From Azolla caroliniana (Eukaryota > Plantae > Polypodiophyta): DNA of 64,000 nucleotides. The DNA is taken from positions 124,001-188,000 of the forward strand of contig JBHGNT010000008.1 of the NCBI GenBank assembly GCA_043228905.1. The letters run 5' to 3'. Position numbers and translations under genes: made by a program. Shown in pieces: positions 12,480-26,000 of the stretch. Under the pieces are notes generated by a model that worked only from the letters and a program-made list of their open reading frames with translations, was not told where the DNA came from and did not search any database. Position 1 is the stretch's first letter, and every line of letters starts with the position of its first letter.

Positions 12480-15400
12480 AAATTCCAAAATTAGAGGAGG
12501 GAGTTGAGAAGAGCCCGAGAGTAAATTAAAATGTTCATACCTGGCCCATGTGATATCGGATTTTTGTGTTCAAACATGCGAATCGAAGCTAACAATGCTA
12601 CCTATGATATAGAAGTAAAAAATAAGGATTTTGAAACTCACGTTGAGAGACATGAAGAAATAACCAAATTTGAGGAGGAAGTTGAGAGGAGCCCGAGAGT
12701 AAATTCAAATGTTCATACCTGGCCCATGTGATATCGGATTTTAGTGTTCAAACATGCGAATCGAAGCTAACAACGGTAGCTATGATATGGAATTAAAAAA
12801 TCAAGGTTTTGAAACTCAGGTCGAGAGACATGAAGAAATTACCAAATTAGAGGAGGGAAGTAGAGAAGAGGCCGAGAGTAAATTAAAATGTTCATACCTG
12901 GCCCATGTGATATCGGATTTTAGTGTTCAAATATGCGAATCGAAGCTAACAATGCGAGCTATGTTATGGAAATCAAAAATCAAGATTTCGAAACTCAGGT
13001 CGAGAGACATGAAGAAATTACCAAATTTGAGGAGGGAGTTGAGAAGAGCCCGAGAGTAAATTAAAATGTTCATACCTGGCCCATGTGATATCGGATTTTA
13101 GTGTTCAAACATTTGAATCGAAGGTTACAATGTTAGCTATCATATGGAAGTAAAAAATAAGGATTTTGAAACTCACGTTGAGAGACATGAAGAAATAACC
13201 AAATTTGAGGAGGGAGTTGAGAAGAGCCCGAGAGTAACATGTGATATAGGATTTTAGTGTTCAAACATGCGAATCGAAGCTAACAATGCTAGCTATGATA
13301 TGGAATTAAAAAATCAATCTTTTGAAACTCATGTCGAAAGACATGAAGAAATTACCTAATCAGAGGAAGGAGTAGAGAAGAGGCCGAGAGTAAATTAAAA
13401 TGTTCATAACTGGCCCATTGAAGATCGGATTTTAGTGTTCAAATAGGCGAATCGAAGCTAACAATGCTACCTATGATATGGAATTAAAAAATCAATCTTT
13501 TGAAACTCATGTCGAAAGACATGAAGAAATTACCTAATTAGAGGAAGGAGTAGAGAAGAGGCCGAGAGTAAATTAAAATGTTCATAACTGGCCCATTGAA
13601 GATCGGATTTTAGTGTTCAAACAGCCGAATCGAAGCTAACAATGCTAGCTATGATATGGCATTAAAAAATCAAGCTTTGGAAACCCACGTCGAGAGACAT
13701 GAAGAAATTCCAAAATTAGAGGAGGGAGTAGAGAAGAGCCCGAGAGTAAATTAAAATGTTCATACCTGGCCCATGTGATATCGGATTTTAGTGTTCAAAC
13801 ATACGAATCGAAGCTAACAAGTCTAGCTATGATATCGAATTAAAAAATCAAGGTTTTGAAACTCAGGTCGAGAGATATGAAGAAATTACCAAATTAGAGG
13901 AGGGAGTAGAGAAGAGGCCGAGAGTAAATTAAAATGCGAATCGAAGCTAACAATGCTACCTATGATATCGAATACAAAAAATCAATCTTTTGAAACTCAT
14001 GTCGAAAGACATGAAGAAATTACCTAATTAGAGGAAGGAGTAGAGAATAGGCCGAGAGTAAATTAAAATGTTCATAATTGGCCCATTGAAGATCGGATTT
14101 TAGTGTTCAAATAGGCGAATCAAGCTTTTGAAACTCAGGTCGAGAGACATTAAGAAATTACCAAATTTGAGGAGGTAGTAGAGAAGAGCCCGAGAGTAAA
14201 TTAAAATGTTCATACCTGGCCCATGTGATATCGGATTTTAGTGTTTAAACATGTGAATCGAAGCTAGCAAAGGTACCTATGATATGGAATTGAAAAATCA
14301 AGCTTTGGAAACCCACGTCGAGAGACAGGGTTTGAAAATTAGAGGAGGGAGTAGAGAAGAGCCCGAGAGTAAATTAAAATGTTCATACCTGGCCCATGTG
14401 ATATCGGATTTTAGTGTTCAAACATACGAATCGAAGCTAACAATGCTACCTATGATATCGAATTAAAAAATCAATCTTTTGAAACTCATGTCGAAAGACA
14501 TGAAGAAATTACGTAATTAGAGGAAGGAGTAGAGAAGAGGCCGAGAGTAAATTAAAATGTTCATAACTGGCCCATTGAATATCGGATTTTAGTGTCTAAA
14601 CAGGCGAATCGAAGCTAACAATGCTAGCTATGATATGGAATTAAAAAATCAAGATTTTGAAACTCAGGTCGAGAGACATGAAGAAATTACCAAATTAGAG
14701 GAGGGATTGAGAAGAGCCCGAGAGTAAATTAAAATGTTCATACCTGGCCCATGTGATATCGGATTTTAGTGTTCAAACATGGAAATCGAAGCTAACAATG
14801 CTAGCTATGATATGGAATTAAAAAATCAATGTTTTGAAACTCAGGTCGAGAGACATGAAGAAATTACCAAAATAGAGGAGGGAGTAGAGAAGAGGCCCAG
14901 AGTAAATTAAAATGTTCATACCTGGCCCATGTGATATCGGATTTTAGTGTTAAAATATGTGAATCGAAGCTAACAAGGCGAGCTATGTTATGGAAATCAA
15001 AAATCAAGATTTCGAAACTCAGGTCGAGAGACATGAAGAAATTCCCAAATTTGAGGAGGGAGTTGAGAAGAGCCCGAGAGTAAATTAAAATGTTCATACC
15101 TGTCCCATGTGATATTGGATTTTAGTGTTCAAACTTGCGAATCGAAGCTAGCAAAGCTACCTATGATATGGAATTCAAAAAACAAGCTTTTGAAACTCAC
15201 GTCACGAGACATGAAGAAATAACCAAATTTGAGGAGGGAGTTGACAAGAGCCCGAGAGTAAATTAAAATGTTCATACCTGGCCCATGTGATATCGGATTT
15301 GAGTGTTCAAACATGCGAATCGAAGCTAACAATGCTAGCTATGATATGGCATTAGAAAATCAAGCTTTGGAAACTCAGGTCGAGAGATATGAAGAAATTA

Positions 15401-18400
15401 CCAAATTAGAGGAGGGAGTTGAGAAGAGCCCGAGAGTAAATTAAAATGTTCATACCTGGCCCATGTGATATCGGATTTTTGTGTTCAAACATGCGAATCG
15501 AAGCTAACAATGCTACCTATGATATGGAATTGAAAAATGAAGCTTTTGAAACTCAGGTCGAGAGACATGAAGAAATTACCAAATTTGAGGAGGGAGTTGA
15601 GAAGAGCCCGAGATGAAATTAAAATGTTCATACCTGGCCCATGTGATATCGGATTTTAGTGTTCAAACTTGCGAATCGAAGCTAACAATGTGAGCTATGT
15701 TATGGAATTAAAAAATCAAGATTTTGAAACTCAGGTCGAGAGACATGAAGAAATTCCAAAATTAGAGGAGGGAGTTGAGAAGAGCCCGAGAGTAAATTAT
15801 AATGTTCATACATGGCCCATGTGATATCGGACTTGAGTGTTCAAACATGCGAATCGAAGCTAACAATGCTAGCTATGATATGGCATTAGAAAATCAAGCT
15901 TTGGAAACTCAGGTCGAAAGATATGAAGAAATTACCAAATTAGAGGAGGGAGTTGAGAAGAGCCCGAGAGTAAATTAAAATGTTCATACCTGGCCCATGT
16001 GATATAGGATTTTAGTGTTCAAACATGCGAATCGAAGCTAACAATGCTACCTATGATATGGACTTAAAAAATCAATATTTTGAAACTCATGTCGAAAGAT
16101 ATGAAGAAATTACCCATTTAGAGGAAGGAGTAGAGAAGAGGCCGAGAGTAAATTAAAATGTTCATAACTGGCCCATTGAATATCGGATTTTAGTGTTCAA
16201 ACTTGCGAATCGAAGCTAACAATGCGAGCTATGTTATGGAATTAAAAAATTAAGATTTTGAAAGTCAGGTCGAGAGACATGAAGAAATTCCAAAATTAGA
16301 GGAGGGAGTAGAGAAGAGCCCGAGAGTAAATTAAAATGTTCATACCTGGCCCATGTGATATCGGATTTTAGTGTTCAAACTTGCGAATCGAAGCTAACAA
16401 TGCGAGCTATGTTATGAAATTAAAAAATCAAGATTTTGAAACTCAGGTCGAGAGACATGAAGAAATTCCAAAATTAGAGGAGGGAGTTGAGAAGAGCCCG
16501 AGAGTAAATTATAATGTTCATACCTGGCCCATGTGATATCGGACTTGAGTGTTCAAACATGCGAATCGAAGCTAACAATGCTAGCTATGATATGGCATTA
16601 GAAAATCAAGCTTTGGAAACTCAGGTCGAGAGATATGAAGAAATTACCAAATTAGAGGAGGGAGTTGAGAAGAGCCCGAGAGTAAATTAAAATGTTCATA
16701 CCTGGCCCATGTGATATAGGATTTTAGTGTTCAAACATGCGAATCGAAGCTAACAATGCTACCTATGATATGGACTTAAAAAATCAATCTTTTGAAACTC
16801 ATGTCGAAAGACATGAAGAAATTACCCATTTAGAGGAAGGAGTAGAGAAGAGGCCGAGAGTAAATTAAAATGTTCATAACTGGCCCATTGAATATCGGAT
16901 TTTAGTGTTCAAACTTGCGAATCGAAGCTAACAATGCGAGCTATGTTATGGAATTAAAAAATTAAGATTTTGAAAGTCAGGTCGAGAGACATGAAGAAAT
17001 TCCAAAATTAGAGGAGGGAGTAGAGAAGAGCCCGAGAGTAAATTAAAATGTTCATACCTGGCCCATGTGATATCGGATTTTAGTGTTCAAACTTGCGAAT
17101 CGAAGCTAGCACAGCTAGCTATGATATGGAATTCAAAAATCAAGCTTTTGAAACTCACGTCAAGAGACATGAAAAAATAACCAAATTTGAGGAGGGAGTT
17201 GAGAAGAGCCCGAGAGTAAATTAAAATGTTCATACCTGGCCCATGTGATATCGGACTTGAGTGTTCAAACATGCGAATCGAGGCTAACAATGCTAGCTAT
17301 GATATGGCATTAGAAAATCAAGCTTTGGAAACTCAGGTCGAGAGATATGAAGAAATTACCAAATTAGAGGAGGGAGTTGAGAAGAGCCCGAGAGTAAATT
17401 AAAATGTTCATACCTGGCCCATGTGATATCGGATTTTTGTGTTCAAACATGCGAATCGAAGCTAACAATGCTACCTATGATATAGAAGTAAAAAATAAGG
17501 ATTTTGAAACTCACGTTGAGAGACATGAAGAAATAACCAAATTTGAGGAGGAAGTGGAGAGGAGCCCGAGAGTAAATTAAAATGTTCATACCTGGCCCAT
17601 GTGATATCGGACTTGAGTGTTCAAACATGCGAATCGAGGCTAACAATGCTAGCTATGATATGGCATTAGAAAATCAAGCTTTGGAAACTCAGGTCGAGAG
17701 ATATGAAGAAATTACCAAATTAGAGGAGGGAGTTGAGAAGAGCCCGAGAGTAAATTAAAATGTTCATACCTGGCCCATGTGATATCGGATTTTTGTGTCC
17801 AAACGTGCGAATCGAAGCTAACAATGCTACCTATGATATGGAATTGAAAAATGAAGCTTTTGAAACTCAGGACGAGAGACATGAAGAAATTACCAAATTT
17901 GAGGAGGGAGTTGAGAAGAGCCCGAGATCAAATTAAAATGTTCATACCTGGCCCATGTGATATCGGATTTTAGTGTTCAAACTTGCGAATCGAAGCTAAC
18001 AATGCGAGCTATGTTATGGAATTAAAAAATCAAGATTTTGAAACTCAGGTCGAGAGACATGAAGAAATTCCAAAATTAGAGGAGGGAGTTGAGAAGAGCC
18101 CGAGAGTAAATTAAAATGTTCATACCTGGCCCATGTGATATCGGATTTTTGTGTTCAAACATGCGAATCGAAGCTAACAATGCTACCTATGATATAGAAG
18201 TAAAAAATAAGGATTTTGAAACTCACGTTGAGAGACATGAAGAAATAACCAAATTTGAGGAGGAAGTTGAGAGGAGCCCGAGAGTAAATTAAAATGTTCA
18301 TACCTGGCCCATGTGATATCGGATTTTAGTGTTCAAACATGCGAATCGAAGCTAACAACGGTAGCTATGATATGGAATTAAAAAATCAAGGTTTTGAAAC

Positions 18401-20060
18401 TCAGGTCGAGAGACATGAAGAAATTACCAAATTAGAGGAGGGAAGTAGAGAAGAGGCCGAGAGTAAATTAAAATGTTCATACCTGGCCCATGTGATATCG
18501 GATTTTAGTGTTCAAATATGCGAATCGAAGCTAACAATGCGAGCTATGTTATGGAAATCAAAAATCAAGATTTCGAAACTCAGGTCGAGAGACATGAAGA
18601 AATTACCAAATTTGAGGAGGGAGTTGAGAAGAGCCCGAGAGTAAATTAAAATGTTCATACCTGGCCCATGTGATATCGGATTTTAGTGTTCCAACATTTG
18701 AATCGAAGGTTACAATGTTAGCTATCATATGGAAGTAAAAAATAAGGATTTTGAAACTCACGTTGAGAGACATGAAGAAATAACCAAATTTGAGGAGGGA
18801 GTTGAGAAGAGCCCGAGAGTAACATGTGATATAGGATTTTAGTGTTCAAACATGCGAATCGAAGCTAACAATGCTAGCTATGATATGGAATTAAAAAATC
18901 AATCTTTTGAAACTCATGTCGAAAGACATGAAGAAATTACCTAATTAGAGGAAGGAGTAGAGAAGAGGCCGAGAGTAAATTAAAATGTTCATAACTGGCC
19001 CATTGAAGATCGGATTTTAGTGTTCAAATAGGCGAATCGAAGCTAACAATGCTACCTATGATATGGAATTAAAAAATCAATCTTTTGAAACTCATGTCGA
19101 AAGACATGAAGAAATTACCTAATTAGAGGAAGGAGTAGAGAAGAGGCCGAGAGTAAATTAAAATGTTTATAACTGGCCCATTGAAGATCGGATTTTAGTG
19201 TTCAAATAGCCGAATCGAAGCTAACAATGCTAGCTATGATATGGCATTAAAAAATCAAGCTTTGGAAACCCACGTCGAGAGACATGAAGAAATTCCAAAA
19301 TTAGAGGAGGGAGTAGAGAAGAGCCCGAGAGTAAATTAAAATGTTCATACCTGGCCCATGTGATATCGGATTTTAGTGTTCAAACATACGAATCGAAGCT
19401 AACAAGTCTAGCTATGATATCGAATTAAAAAATCAAGGTTTTGAAACTCAGGTCGAGAGATATGAAGAAATTACCAAATTAGAGGAGGGAGTAGAGAAGA
19501 GGCCGAGAGTAAATTAAAATGCGAATCGAAGCTAACAATGCTACCTATGATATCGAATACAAAAAATCAATCTTTTGAAACTCATGTCGAAAGACATGAA
19601 GAAATTACCTAATTAGAGGAAGGAGTAGAGAAGAGGCCGAGAGTAAATTAAAATGTTCATAACTGGCCCATTGAAGATCGGATTTTAGTGTTCAAATAGG
19701 CGAATCGAAGCTAACAATGCTAGCTATGATATGGCATTAAAAAATCAAGCTTTTGAAACTCAGGTCGAGAGACATGAAGAAATTACCAAATTTGAGGAGG
19801 TAGTTGAGAAGAGCCCGAGAGTAAATTAAAATGTTCATACCTGGCCCATGTGATATCGGATTTTAGTGTTTAAACATGTGAATCGAAGCTAGCAAAGGTA
19901 CCTATGATATGGAATTGAAAAATCAAGCTTTGGAAACCCACGTCGAGAGACAGGGTTTGAAAATTAGAGGAGGGAGTAGAGAAGAGCCCGAGAGTAAATT
20001 AAAATGTTCATACCTGGCCCATGTGATATCGGATTTTAGTGTTCAAACATACGAATCGAA
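12480..20060 (+). repeat. Dispersed ~2-kb duplication (~12480-14430 and ~18060-20060), offset 5585 then 5625 bp
   Basis: Shared scars GAGTAACATGTG (~13232/~18817), AAAATGCGAATC (~13931/~19516) and GACAGGGTTTG (~14324/~19949); identical 101-aa pseudo-ORF at 12754 and 18339. The offset rises by 40 after a deletion at ~14121 in the first copy. Confidence 0.88.
15660..17090 (+). repeat. Tandem duplication of a 712-bp (4-monomer) unit
   Basis: The private variant TACCCATTTAG occurs at 16111 and 16823; AAATTATAATG and GGACTTGAG variants repeat at the same 712-bp offset. Confidence 0.82.
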
Positions 20061-23000
20061 GCTAACAAGGCTAGCTATGATATGGAATTAAAAAATCAAG
20101 GTTTTGAAACTCAGGTCGAGAGACATGAAGAAATTACCAAATTTGAGGAGGGAGTTGAGTAGAGCCCGAGAGTAAATTAAAATGTTCATACCTGGCCCAT
20201 GTGATATCGGATTTTAGTGTTCGAATATGCGAATCGAAGATAACAATGCGAGCTATGTTATGGAATTCGAAAATCAAGATTTTGAAACTAAGGTCGAAAG
20301 AAATGAAGAAATTTCCAAATTAGAGGAGGGAGTATAGAAGAGCCCGAGAGTAAATTAAAATGTTCATACCTGGCTCATGTGATATCGAATTTTAGTGTTC
20401 AAACATGCGAATCGAAGCTCACAATGCTAGCTATGATATGGAATTAAAAAATCAAGACTTTGAAACTTAGGTCGAGAGACATGAAGAAATTACCAAATTT
20501 GAGGAGGGGGTAGAGAAGAGGCCGAGAGTAAATTAAAATGTTCATACCTGGCCCATGTGATATTGCATCTTAGTCTTCAAACATGCGAATCGAAGCTAAC
20601 AATGCTAGTTATGATATGGCATTAAAAAATCAAGCTTTTGAAACTCAGGTCGAGAGACATGAAGAAATTACCCAATTTGAGGAGGTAGTTGAGAAGAGCC
20701 CGAGAGTAAATTAAAATGTTCATACCTGGCCCATGTGATATCGGATTTTAGTGTTCAAACATACGAATCGAAGCTAACAAGGCTAGCTGTGATATGGAAT
20801 GAAAAAATCAAGCTTTTGAAACTCAGGTCGAGAGACATGAAGAAATTACCAAATTAGAGCAGGCAGTAGAGAAGAGCCCGAGAGTAAATTAAAATGTTCA
20901 TACCTGTCCCATCTGATATCGGATTTTAGTGTTTAAACATGTGAATCAAAGCTAGCAAAGGTACCTATGATATGGAATTAAAAAATCAAGCTTTGGAAAC
21001 CCACGTCGAGAGACATGAAGAAATTCCAAAATTAGAGGAGGGAGTAGAGAAGAGCCCGAGAGTAAATTAAAATGTTCATACCTGGCCCATGTGATATCGG
21101 ATTTTAGTGTTCAAACATACGAATCGAAGCTAACAAGTCTAGCTATGATATGGAATTAAAAAATCAAGGTTTTGAAACTCAGGTCGAGAGACATGAAGAA
21201 ATTACCAAATTAGAGGAGGGAGTAGAGAAGAGGCCGAGAGTAAATTACAATGTTCATACCTGGCCCATGTGATATCGGATTTTAGTGTTCAAACATGGGA
21301 ATCGAAGCTAACAATGCTAGCTATTTTATGGAATTAAAAATTCAAGATTTTAAACTTAGGTCGAGAGACATGAAGAAATTACCAAATTAGAGGAGGGAGT
21401 TGAGAAGAGCCCGAGAGTAAATTAAAATGTTCATACCTGGCCCATGTGATATCGGATTTGAGTGTTCAACCTTACGAATCGAAGCTAACAAGGCTAGCTA
21501 TGATATGGAATTAGAAAATCAAGCTTCTGAAACTCAGGTCGAGAGACATGAAGAAATTACCAAATTAGAAGAGGGAGTAGAGAAGAGGCCGAGAGTAAAT
21601 TAAAATGTTCATACCTGGCCCATGTGATATCGGCTTTTAGTGTTCAAATATGCAAATCGAAGCTAACAATGCGAGCTATGTTATGGAATTGGAAAATCGA
21701 GATTTTGGAACTCAGGTCGAGAGACATGAAGAAATTCCCGAATTAGAGGAGGGAGTAGAGTAGAGCCCGAGAGTAAATTAAAATGTTTAGACTTGGCCAA
21801 TGTAATATCGGATTTTAGTGTTTAAACATTGGAATCGAAGCTAACAACGCAAGCTATGATATGGAATTGAAAAATCAAGATTTTGAAACTCAGGTCGAGA
21901 GACATGAAGAAATTACCCAATTTGAGGAGGTAGTTGAGAAGAGGCCGAGAGTAAATTAAAATGTTCATACCTGGCCCATGTGATATCGGATTTTAGTGTT
22001 CAAACATACGAATCGAAGCTAACAAGGCTAGCTATGCTATGGAATGAAAAAATCAAGATTTTGAAACTCAGGTCGAGAGACATGAAGAAATTACCAAATT
22101 TGAGGAGGGAGTTGAGAAGAGCCCGAGAGTAAATTAAAATGTTCATACCTGTCCCAGGTGATATCGGATTTTCGTGTTTAAACATTTGAATCGAAGCTTA
22201 CAATGTTAGCTATCATATGGAAGTAAAAAATAAGGATTTTGAAGCTCACGTTGAGAGACATGAAGAAATAACCAAATTTGAGGAGGGAGTTGAGAAGAGC
22301 CCAAGTGTAAATTAAAATTTTTAGACCTGGCCCATGTGATATCAGATTTTAGTGTGTAAACATGCGAATCGAAGCTAACAAAGCTAGCTATCATATGGAA
22401 TTAAAAAATCAAGGTTTTGAAACTCACGTCGAGAGACTTGAAGAAATTCCCAAATTAGAGGAGGGAGTTGAGAAGAGCCCGAGAGTAAATTAAAATGTTT
22501 AGACCTGGCCCCTGTGATATCGGATTTTAGTGTATAAACATGCGAATCGAAGCTAACAAAGCTAGCTATCATCTGGAATTAAAAATTCATGATTTTCAAA
22601 ATCAGGTCGAGAGACATGAAGAAATTCCCAAATTAGAGGAGGGAGTTGAGAAGAGCGCGTGAGTAAATTAAAATGTTCATATCTGGCCCATGTAATATCG
22701 GATTTTAGTGTTCAAATATGCGAATCGAAGCTAACAAAGGTACCTATGTTATGGATTTAAAAATCCAAGATTTTGAAACTCAGGTTGAGAGACATGAAGA
22801 CATTCCCAAATTAGAGGAGGGAGTAGAGAGGAGCCCGAGAGTAAATTAAATGTTCATACGTGGCCCATGTGATATCGGATTTTATTGTTCAGCCATGCGA
22901 ATTAAAGCTAACCAAGCTACCTATGATATGGAATTAAAAAATCAAGATTTTGAAACTCAGGTCGAGAGACATGAAGAAATTCCCGAATTAGAGCAGGGAG

Positions 23001-26000
23001 TAGAGAAGAGCCCGAGAGTAAATTAAAATGTTTAGACTTGGCCAATGTGAAATCGGATTTTAGTGTTTAAACATGCGAATGGAAGCTAACAAAGCTACCT
23101 ATGATATGGAATAAAAAATCAAATTTTCAAACTCAGGTCGAGAGACATGAAGAAATTACCCAATTTGAGGAGGGAGTTGAGAAGAGGCCGAGAGTAAATT
23201 AAAATGTTCATACCTGGCCCATGTGATATCGGATTTTAGTGTTCAAACATACGAATCGAAGCTAACAAGGCTAGCTATGATATCGAATTAAAAAATGAAG
23301 GTTTTGAAACTCAGGTCCAGAGACATGAAGAAATTCCCAAATTAGAGGAGGGAGTAGAGAAGAGCCCGAGAGTAAATTAAAATGTTTTGACCTAGCACAT
23401 GTGATATCGGACTTTAGTGTTTAAACATGCGAATCGAAACATGTTTAAACTTTAGTGTTTGCTAGGTATGATATGGAATTAAAAAATCAAGATTTTCAAA
23501 CTCAGGTCGAGAGATATTAAGAAATTACCAAATTTCAGGATAGAGTTGAGAAGAGCGTGTGAGTAAATTAAAATGTTCATACCTGGCCCAAGTAATATAG
23601 GATTTTAGTGTTCAAACATGCGAATCGAAGCTAACAATGCTAGCTATGATATAGAATAAAAATTCAAGATTTTAAAACTTAGGTCGAGAGACATGAAGAA
23701 ATTACCAAATTAGAGGAGGGAGTTGAGAAGAGCCCGAGAGTAAATTAAAATGTTCATACCTGGCCCATGTGATATCGGATCTGAGTGTTCAAACATACGA
23801 ATCGAAGCTAACAAGGCTAGCTATGATATGGAATTAGAAAATCAAGCTTTTGAAACTCAGGTCGAGAGACATGAAGAAATTACCCGATTTGAGGAGGTAG
23901 TTGAGAAGAGCCCGAGAGTAAATTAAAATGTTCATACCTGGCCCATGTGATATCGGATTTGAGTGTTCAAACTTACGAATCGAAGCTAACAAGGCTAGCT
24001 ATAATATGGAATTAGAAAATCAAGCTTTTGAAACTCAGGTCGAGAGACATGAAGAAATTACCCAATTTGAGGAGGTAGTTGAGAAGAGCCCGAGAGTAAA
24101 TTAAAATGTTCATACCTGGCCCATGTGATATCGGATTTGAGTGTTCAAACTTACGAATCGAAGCTAACAAGGCTAGCTATGATATGGAATTAGAAAATCA
24201 AGCTTCTGAAACTCAGGTCGAGAGACATGAAGAAATTACCAAATTAGAGGAGGGAGTAGAGAAGAGGCCGAGAGTAAATTAAAATGTTCATACCTGGCCC
24301 ATGTGATATCGGCTTTTAGTGTTCAAATATGCAAATCGAAGCTAACAATGCGAGCTATGTTATGGAATTCGAAAATCGAGATTTTGGAACTCAGGTCGAG
24401 AGACATGAAAAAATTCCCGAATTAGAGGAGGGAGTAGAGTAGAGCCCGAGAGTAAATTAAAATGTTTAGACTTGGCCAATGTAATATCGGATTTTAGTGT
24501 TTAAACATTGGAATGGAAGCTAATAACGCAAGCTATGATATGGAATTGAAAAATCAAGATTTTGAAACTCAGGTCGAGAGACATGAAGAAATTACCCAAT
24601 ATTAGGAGGTAGTTGAGAAGAGGCCGAGAGTAAATTAAAATTTTCATACCTGGCCCATGTGATATCGGATTTTAGTGTTCAAACATACGAATCGAAGCTA
24701 ACAAGGCTAGCTATGATATGGAATGAAAACATCAAGATTTTGAAACTCAGGTCGAGAGATATGAAGAAATTACCAAATTTGAGGAGGGAGTTGAGAAGAG
24801 CGCATGAGTAAATTAAAATGTTCATACCTGGCCCATCTGATATAGGATTTTAGTGTTCAAACATGCGAATCGAAGCTAACAATGCTACCTATGATATGGA
24901 ATTAAAAAATCAATCTTTTGAAACTCATGTCGAAAGACATGAAGAAATTACCAAATTAGAGGAGGGAGTAGAGAAGAGGCCGAGAGTAAATTAAAATGTT
25001 CATAACGGGCCCATTGAATATCGGATTTTAGTGTTCAAACAGGCGAATCGAAGCTAACAATGCTAGCTATGATATGGAATTAAAAAATCAAAATTTTGAA
25101 ACTCAGGTCGAGAGACATGAAAAAGTTACCAAATTAGAGGAGGTATTGAGAAGAGCCCGAGAGTAAAATAAAATGTTCATACCTGGCCCATGTGATATCG
25201 GATTTGAGTGTTCAAACATACGAATCGAAGCTAACAAGGCTAGCTATGATATGGAATTAAAAAATCAAGGTTTGGAAACTCACGTCGAGAGACATGAAGA
25301 AATTACCAAATTAGAGGAGGGAGTTGAGACGAGCCCGAGAGTAAATTAAAATGTTCATACCTGGCCCATGTGATATCGGATTTTAGTGTTCAAATATGTG
25401 AATCGAAGCTAACAAAGGTACCTTTGATATGGAATTAAAAAACCAAGCTTCTGAAAATCAGGTCGAGAGACATGAACAAATTACCAAATTAGAGGAGGGA
25501 GTTGAGAATAGCGCGTGAGTAAATTAAAATGTTCATACCTGGCCCATCTGATATCGGATTTTAGCGTTCAAATATGCGAATCGAAGCTAGCAAAGCTACC
25601 TATGACATGGAATGAAAAAATCAAGCTTTTGAAACTCAGGTGCAGAGACATGAAGAAATTACCAAATTAGAGCAGGGAGGAGAGAAGAGCCCGAGAGTAA
25701 ATTAAAATGTTTAGACCTGGCCCATGTGATATCGGATTTTAGTGTTCAAATATACGAATCGAGGCTAACAATGCTACCTATGATATGGAATTAAAAAATC
25801 AAGCTTTTGAAACTCAGGTCTAGAGACATGAAGAAATTACCAAATTTGAGGAGGGAGTTGAGAAGAGCCCGAGAGTAAATTAAAATGTTCATACCTGTCC
25901 CATGTCATATCGGATTTTAGTGTTCAAACATTTGAATCGAAGCTTACAATGTTAGCTATGATATGGAAGTAAAAAATAAGGATTTTGAAACTCACGTTGA

